From the NCBI GenBank assembly GCA_963422735.1, contig OY730476.1, positions 2,816,001 through 2,880,000 on the forward strand: a stretch of DNA of 64,000 nucleotides. Direction: 5' to 3'. Positions 59,433 to 64,000 of this stretch are shown here, piece by piece. Numbering within the stretch: position 1 is the stretch's first letter; every line of letters begins with the position of its first letter. The position numbers were made by a program, and so were the translations under genes. This DNA is from Candidatus Latescibacterota bacterium. GTDB taxonomy: Bacteria > Latescibacterota > UBA2968 > UBA8231. The notes beneath the pieces were generated by a model. It was not told the DNA's origin, made no database searches, and saw nothing but the letters and a program-made list of their open reading frames with translations.

Positions 59433-59565
59433 CAGTGAATATTGACCAAGATGATTCAGGGCGCAGAGATATGATGGCGAACTTTCGCTACCAGAGTGCA
59501 TCAAGTTTAACATTTGTATTGAGTGATTTGGAAATGCGAGAGGCATTTGGTTCTAACGAGATTCC

Positions 59566-60537
59566 CTACACCTGCCGCCGGCCACCCCGTTCGCAGAGCA
59601 GGTCCAACTCATTGCCGATGTTGTCTCGCCAGAAGTAGAGGTCTGGACGACGGTTCGCGTTGACGTGCTGCTTGATTATCTCGGCGATGACCCAATTCTC
59701 AAAAATCGCCCCGCGTAAATAGTGGGTGGCGAGTTGGGCGACTGACTCCAGTCCCAAAAGCGAGCAAAGCAGGCCCGTGTCGTAGAAATAGAGCTTGGGC
59801 GACTTGATGGGCCGCTTGGAAAAATTCTCGTGATACGGATAGAGGAGGAAGGCGATATAACTCGCTTCCAATACCGCAATCCAAGCGCATACCGTCTTGT
59901 AGTTGATCCCCAAGTCGTTGCCGAGGCCGCTCAAGTCGAGCGATTGTCCGACGCGTCCGGCACAGACCCGAAAAAACACTGGAAGGTGCTCAGATCGCCG
60001 ATATTGCGCAGGCTCCTCACGTCGCGTTCGACATAGGTCTGGATATAGGCCGGATAGTAGAAGGGCGGGGCGACGCCGAGATCGTAGAGGGCGGGATAGC
60101 CGCCTTTGAACAGGCTTTCGTCCAAGCTTAAATGAGTGCTAGCTGCAAGCTCCTGTTGGGAAAAGGGCAGCGTGTGCAGGGCGACGCGCCCGGCCAGCGA
60201 TTGGCTGACTTGCTCTAGCAACAGAAAATTCTGCGAGCCGATGAGGACGAATTGGCCCATGGTGCCGCGCTCGTCCACTAGGACCTGCAAATAGGAAAAT
60301 AATGCCGGAACCTTCTGCGCCTCGTCGATGATCAGCCCCTGATCCTCGTACTTCGCTAGGAAGCACCGCGGATCTTCTTCGGCAGCTAAGCGGTCGTCGA
60401 GCCGTTCGAGATTAATCGGGGAAGACCTCGCGCACGAGCGTAGTCTTGCCCGACTGACGCGGGCCAGAGACCGAGAGGATTGGATAGAGTTGGGCCAACT
60501 TTTTGATCTGGGGGCTGAACTGACGTTGGATATACAT
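59566..60537 (-). pseudogene. AAA_14 + DUF4143 ATPase, frameshifted
   Basis: MYIQRQ...SGPRQSGKTT / IIDEAQKVP..GSQN..SLAGR..GGYP..YVERD / KSPKLYFYDTG..GAIFEN..FWRD, across three frames. Confidence 0.8.
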
Positions 60538-60588
60538 TCTTTACAATATAAAATCTGGAATCCTATTTTATAAAGAAAGTTGGAGTCT

Positions 60589-62079
60589 CTACTCCGATTC
60601 CTCCAGCACCCCGTCGTAAGGACCGGCCAGTGCTTCGCCTTGGGCTTTGATTTCTTCCAAGCGGCGCGACAGACTGCGCACGATATCCGGGTGTTGGTCG
60701 TACAGATTCTGCCGCTCGGCGATGTCGTCTTTGAGGTTGAACAATTCCCCGGGAAAATTGTGGTCGCGGTAGCCCCGCTCCGCCTTGAACCAGTCCGGCT
60801 CGCGGTTGTCGTCGCCGGAGGGGGCGTCGATAAAGACCCATTCGTCTTGGCGCAGGGCAAAGCGACCCGAACAACTGTGATGTACAGCCGAGCGGCGCAC
60901 CGGCGCGTCAATTTCTCCCTGCAACAGGGGCAATATGCTAATGCTGTCCTCGGCCGCTCCCGGAGGTAACCGGGTCCCGGTCAACTGGGCGCAGGTAGCC
61001 ATAAAATCGCCCAACAGAGCGAGCTGGTCGCAAACCGATCCGGCCGGAGTGACGCCGGGCCAGCGAGCGACAAAGGGTACGCGGTGACCACCCTCCCAGG
61101 TGTCGCGCTTGACGCCGCGCAAATGGGCCATGCTGTAGTGGCCGAATTGGCGCACGTGCTCGTAGCAGCCACCAGCCGCGGCCGGGCTGCACTCGGGGCC
61201 GTTGTCACTGGTGAAGATGAGCAGCGCGTCGTCGGTTAGGCCCTGCTCGTCGAGCGCGGCCATGATTTCCCCGACTACCCAATCAACTTCGCAGACAAAA
61301 TCGCCGTACAGACCCGCTTTACTGCGGCCGATGAAGTCTTGGTTGGGAACAATCGGCGTGTGCGGAGAGGTCAGCGGTAAATAGAGGAAGAAGGGATCGG
61401 AGCCAGCTTCGGCGATGTAGGCGCGGGCGCGGCGGACGAATTCGGGGACCATGTCTTCCAATTTCCAGCCCGGTTTCACGGCCCCGGGAAAGCCGAACAT
61501 CCCCTCGGGCTTTTGCTCGGTCGGGGCCGCGGCCAGCCGGTCCTGCTCAAACCAAGTGTAGGGCGGGAAATTGGGCACATCGACGCCAAAGTAGTAATCG
61601 AAGCCGCAGGCTAGGGGACCGCCGCCTATGGGTTGGCTGTAGTCGATATTGCGCTCTAGAGCTTGGCGCTGGTCTCGGTCGAGACGGCCGATGGGAGCGT
61701 CTCCGCAGGCCGGTTTGCCGTCTTTGGTCGTCCATTCCCAGCCGAGGTGCCACTTGCCGATGCAGGCGGTGCGGTAGCCCTGCTGGCGCAACAGCTTGGC
61801 CACAGTGGGGCGGTCGGCTTCTATCAAGGGCGGATCCCAAGGCCACAGGACGCTGCTTTTGAGCGGAGTACGCCAACAATAGCGGCCGGTGAGCAGGGCG
61901 TAGCGGCTGGGCGAGCAGACGCTGGAGGAGGCGTGGGCGTCGGTAAAGCGCATCCCTTGGGCGGCGAAGCGGTCGAGGTGAGGCGTGGGGATTCTGCAGC
62001 CGGGGTTGTTGCATCCCATATCGCCGTATCCCATGTCGTCGGCGAGGATGTAGATGATATTGGGTTTTTGCCGGGGCAT
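60589..62079 (-). CDS. Arylsulfatase (Cys-type formylglycine)
   Basis: PNIIYILADDMGYGD, CSPSR, GKWHLG, SDNG. Confidence 0.93.
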   Translation of the reverse strand: MPRQKPNIIYILADDMGYGDMGCNNPGCRIPTPHLDRFAAQGMRFTDAHASSSVCSPSRYALLTGRYCWRTPLKSSVLWPWDPPLIEADRPTVAKLLRQQGYRTACIGKWHLGWEWTTKDGKPACGDAPIGRLDRDQRQALERNIDYSQPIGGGPLACGFDYYFGVDVPNFPPYTWFEQDRLAAAPTEQKPEGMFGFPGAVKPGWKLEDMVPEFVRRARAYIAEAGSDPFFLYLPLTSPHTPIVPNQDFIGRSKAGLYGDFVCEVDWVVGEIMAALDEQGLTDDALLIFTSDNGPECSPAAAGGCYEHVRQFGHYSMAHLRGVKRDTWEGGHRVPFVARWPGVTPAGSVCDQLALLGDFMATCAQLTGTRLPPGAAEDSISILPLLQGEIDAPVRRSAVHHSCSGRFALRQDEWVFIDAPSGDDNREPDWFKAERGYRDHNFPGELFNLKDDIAERQNLYDQHPDIVRSLSRRLEEIKAQGEALAGPYDGVLEESE

Positions 62080-62108
62080 GGCCGGTCCTTTCTTTTAGAT
62101 GGAAATCG

Positions 62109-62831
62109 TTACTGATAAACTGATAAGCTGAATACCCGATCGACGCCCCGTTCGGTCCCGGAGCACCGGCCCAGCCGTTAGAGAGGCGGTCGTAAGCCAC
62201 GATCAACCCATCGGCTCCCCAAGGCATCAGCGCGGTGTAAGACGTATTCATGGCGGGGTCCTCCCCGGCCTGTGCGTTGCAGAAGGCGTCTGAAAAGCCC
62301 GCATTCGGCTCGACCAGTCGGTTGTGATGCACCCCCAGATTTACCCGCTCCCATTCTTTGCCCTGCCCATCGGCGCAGATGTACCGAGGCCATCCCTTCC
62401 ATGCACATCGGCTGCGACCACATCTGGCCTTCATCCTTGCTAATGCTCTTGTGGAAATCCCAGCCACCGCCGACGCGATAGACGCACAGCAAGTCGCCGT
62501 TGTCCAGCCGCAGGGTGTTGGATTCGTTGGGGCCTTCGGGTGCGCCGGGTGCTGCATCCGGGCCGGCGACAATGCTGCGGTACGTCCACGAAAAGCCACC
62601 GTCGTCGCTGATTACTGCGAACGTGTTATAGCCTTCTTCCCCGTCGAATTTTCCGTACATCGTCGCCAACAGGCACCCATCCTTTAGGCGCAGGATGTTG
62701 CCGTTGTGCTGGAGCCGCAGTGTCCGCCTTAAAAGGGCCGGTGAAGCGTCCTCGTGGCAATCGGCGAGCGGACGCGGAAAATCGGAGACCAGCACGTCCC
62801 GAGGTTCGACCACGAGCGCACCATAGACCAT
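62109..62831 (-). pseudogene. Sialidase/BNR-repeat protein remnant
   Basis: Asp-boxes SDDGGFSW and SKDEGQMW, GPNE; C-terminus (TSYT...AYDRLSNGW / DRVF) in other frames. Confidence 0.6.
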
Positions 62832-62975
62832 CGTCAGGACGTTGCCCGGAGCAACGCAGTTTTGCCGGTCTTCACCAGGTCAGACCCACCGGCCATTTGC
62901 GCGTTTGCTGCAAGCGACCCATCCTCTGCGATAGGCCGACCGAAAAATGACTGCAGAACGCGCCCACCAAGGAGT

Positions 62976-64000
62976 TTAAAACGGCTTCGCAAGGCTTTTT
63001 TTATCGTTTTCCTCAGCGAGTTGACTCAAACGGCGAGCCTGCTCCAGGTGGAAGTGGCTCTTTTCGACCTGTCCCAATTTGGCGTAGGCATCGCCCAGAT
63101 AGCGGTGGATCCGGGGATTTTCAGAATCCAATTCCGCTGACCGAGCATAGGCGTGCAGAGCTTTGGCGACATGCCTTTCTTTCATGTAGGCAACGCCCAA
63201 GTTGAGATAGGCTTCTGCATAGTTGGGGCGCAACGAGGTAGCTTTGGAAAATTGGCTTATAGCTGCCGCGAGGTTCCCGGTGCGTGCTTCCACCAAGCCC
63301 AGACTGAAGGCGGCTTCGGGCAAGTTCGGATCGAGGCGGGTGGCTTGCTCGATGGCTTGGCGGGCCTGGACGTAGTCGCCTTTTTTGAGGTATACCCCCC
63401 CTAGGCGCATGTGGCTTATCGCATCTTCTTCGTCCAGAGCAATGCCTTTTTGGAAGCAGTGGATCGCCTCATCATAGGCAGCTTTCGAGGTGAGCAATAT
63501 GCCCAGACTGATGTGGGCATTTTTATGCTCAGGATTGAGTTCAATTACATTGCGGTACTCGAGCTCGGCCTGTTCGTAGTCGCCCCTCAGGGCGTGGTTG
63601 AGGGCCATATTGTAGCGCGCTGTCGCCGGGCCTATCGGTACATGACCGGTAGTGGGCATCGACAGTTCGGAGTAGAGGCCGCGATCAAACTGGCGCAAAA
63701 ATTCCGATCGTTCTAGATGCCGCCGGCCCTCTTCCCAGTGCCCCAGGCGCAGGTAGATACCGCCCAAGTTGGTATGCACTTGCGGCGAATAGGGGTTGAG
63801 CGAGACGGCCTTTTTCAGCGCTTCTAGGGCTTCCTGATAATGGCCCTGGGCACTGTGTAGCAGACCCAGATGGAAGAGTCCCTCGGCATCCTCCGGATCA
63901 TGCCTGATCGCTTGCCGGAGGTAGGTCAGGGCTTGTTTTGTAGCTCCCTGTTTGCGGTAGAGCAAACCTAGCTTTTTATAGGCTGGAGCTAGGGTGGAAT
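62976..64000 (-). CDS. TPR repeat protein (5' end outside window)
   Basis: Multiple TPR repeats, e.g. LRPNYAEAYLNLG. Confidence 0.85.
   Translation of the reverse strand, partial: STLAPAYKKLGLLYRKQGATKQALTYLRQAIRHDPEDAEGLFHLGLLHSAQGHYQEALEALKKAVSLNPYSPQVHTNLGGIYLRLGHWEEGRRHLERSEFLRQFDRGLYSELSMPTTGHVPIGPATARYNMALNHALRGDYEQAELEYRNVIELNPEHKNAHISLGILLTSKAAYDEAIHCFQKGIALDEEDAISHMRLGGVYLKKGDYVQARQAIEQATRLDPNLPEAAFSLGLVEARTGNLAAAISQFSKATSLRPNYAEAYLNLGVAYMKERHVAKALHAYARSAELDSENPRIHRYLGDAYAKLGQVEKSHFHLEQARRLSQLAEENDKKSLAKPF

Noticed and set aside
61547-62599. 350-aa ORF overlapping the sulfatase
   Set aside because: Composite of a sialidase-remnant frame and off-frame read-through

Overview
GC-rich bacterial chromosome window. 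The gene content (efp-accB-accC-gcvH, LptD-like, PorZ-like, three PhyH dioxygenases, a sulfatase, CRTAC1 and TPR proteins) suggests an FCB-related lineage such as Latescibacterota; this is inference only. From left to right: a ParB-like/WbqC gene pair at the left edge (possibly the end of a mobile element); a catabolic block; tRNA-Lys(CTT); a housekeeping run (efp, accBC, gcvH, scpAB, rluB, cmk, rpsA, mutS, rlmB, lptD-like); an ~11 kb minus-strand island at ~29.0-39.5 kb; dtd-maf-rodZ-priA; an RND efflux operon; and a decaying right end with a MITE and several pseudogenes. The island is the main candidate for an undescribed system. It encodes HlyD, an ABC exporter without a C39 domain (plus an internally deleted second copy), a 136-aa bacteriocin-like precursor, two CPBP intramembrane proteases, an XRE regulator, a TPR protein, a cytoplasmic subtilase fused to a DUF1611/TIGR04066-like domain, a Ser-bearing acyl carrier protein and a BtrH-like protein. 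It looks like an ACP-dependent peptide/protein acylation (lipo-RiPP) and type I export system with no radical SAM enzyme. All family assignments come from motif recognition; no searches were run.
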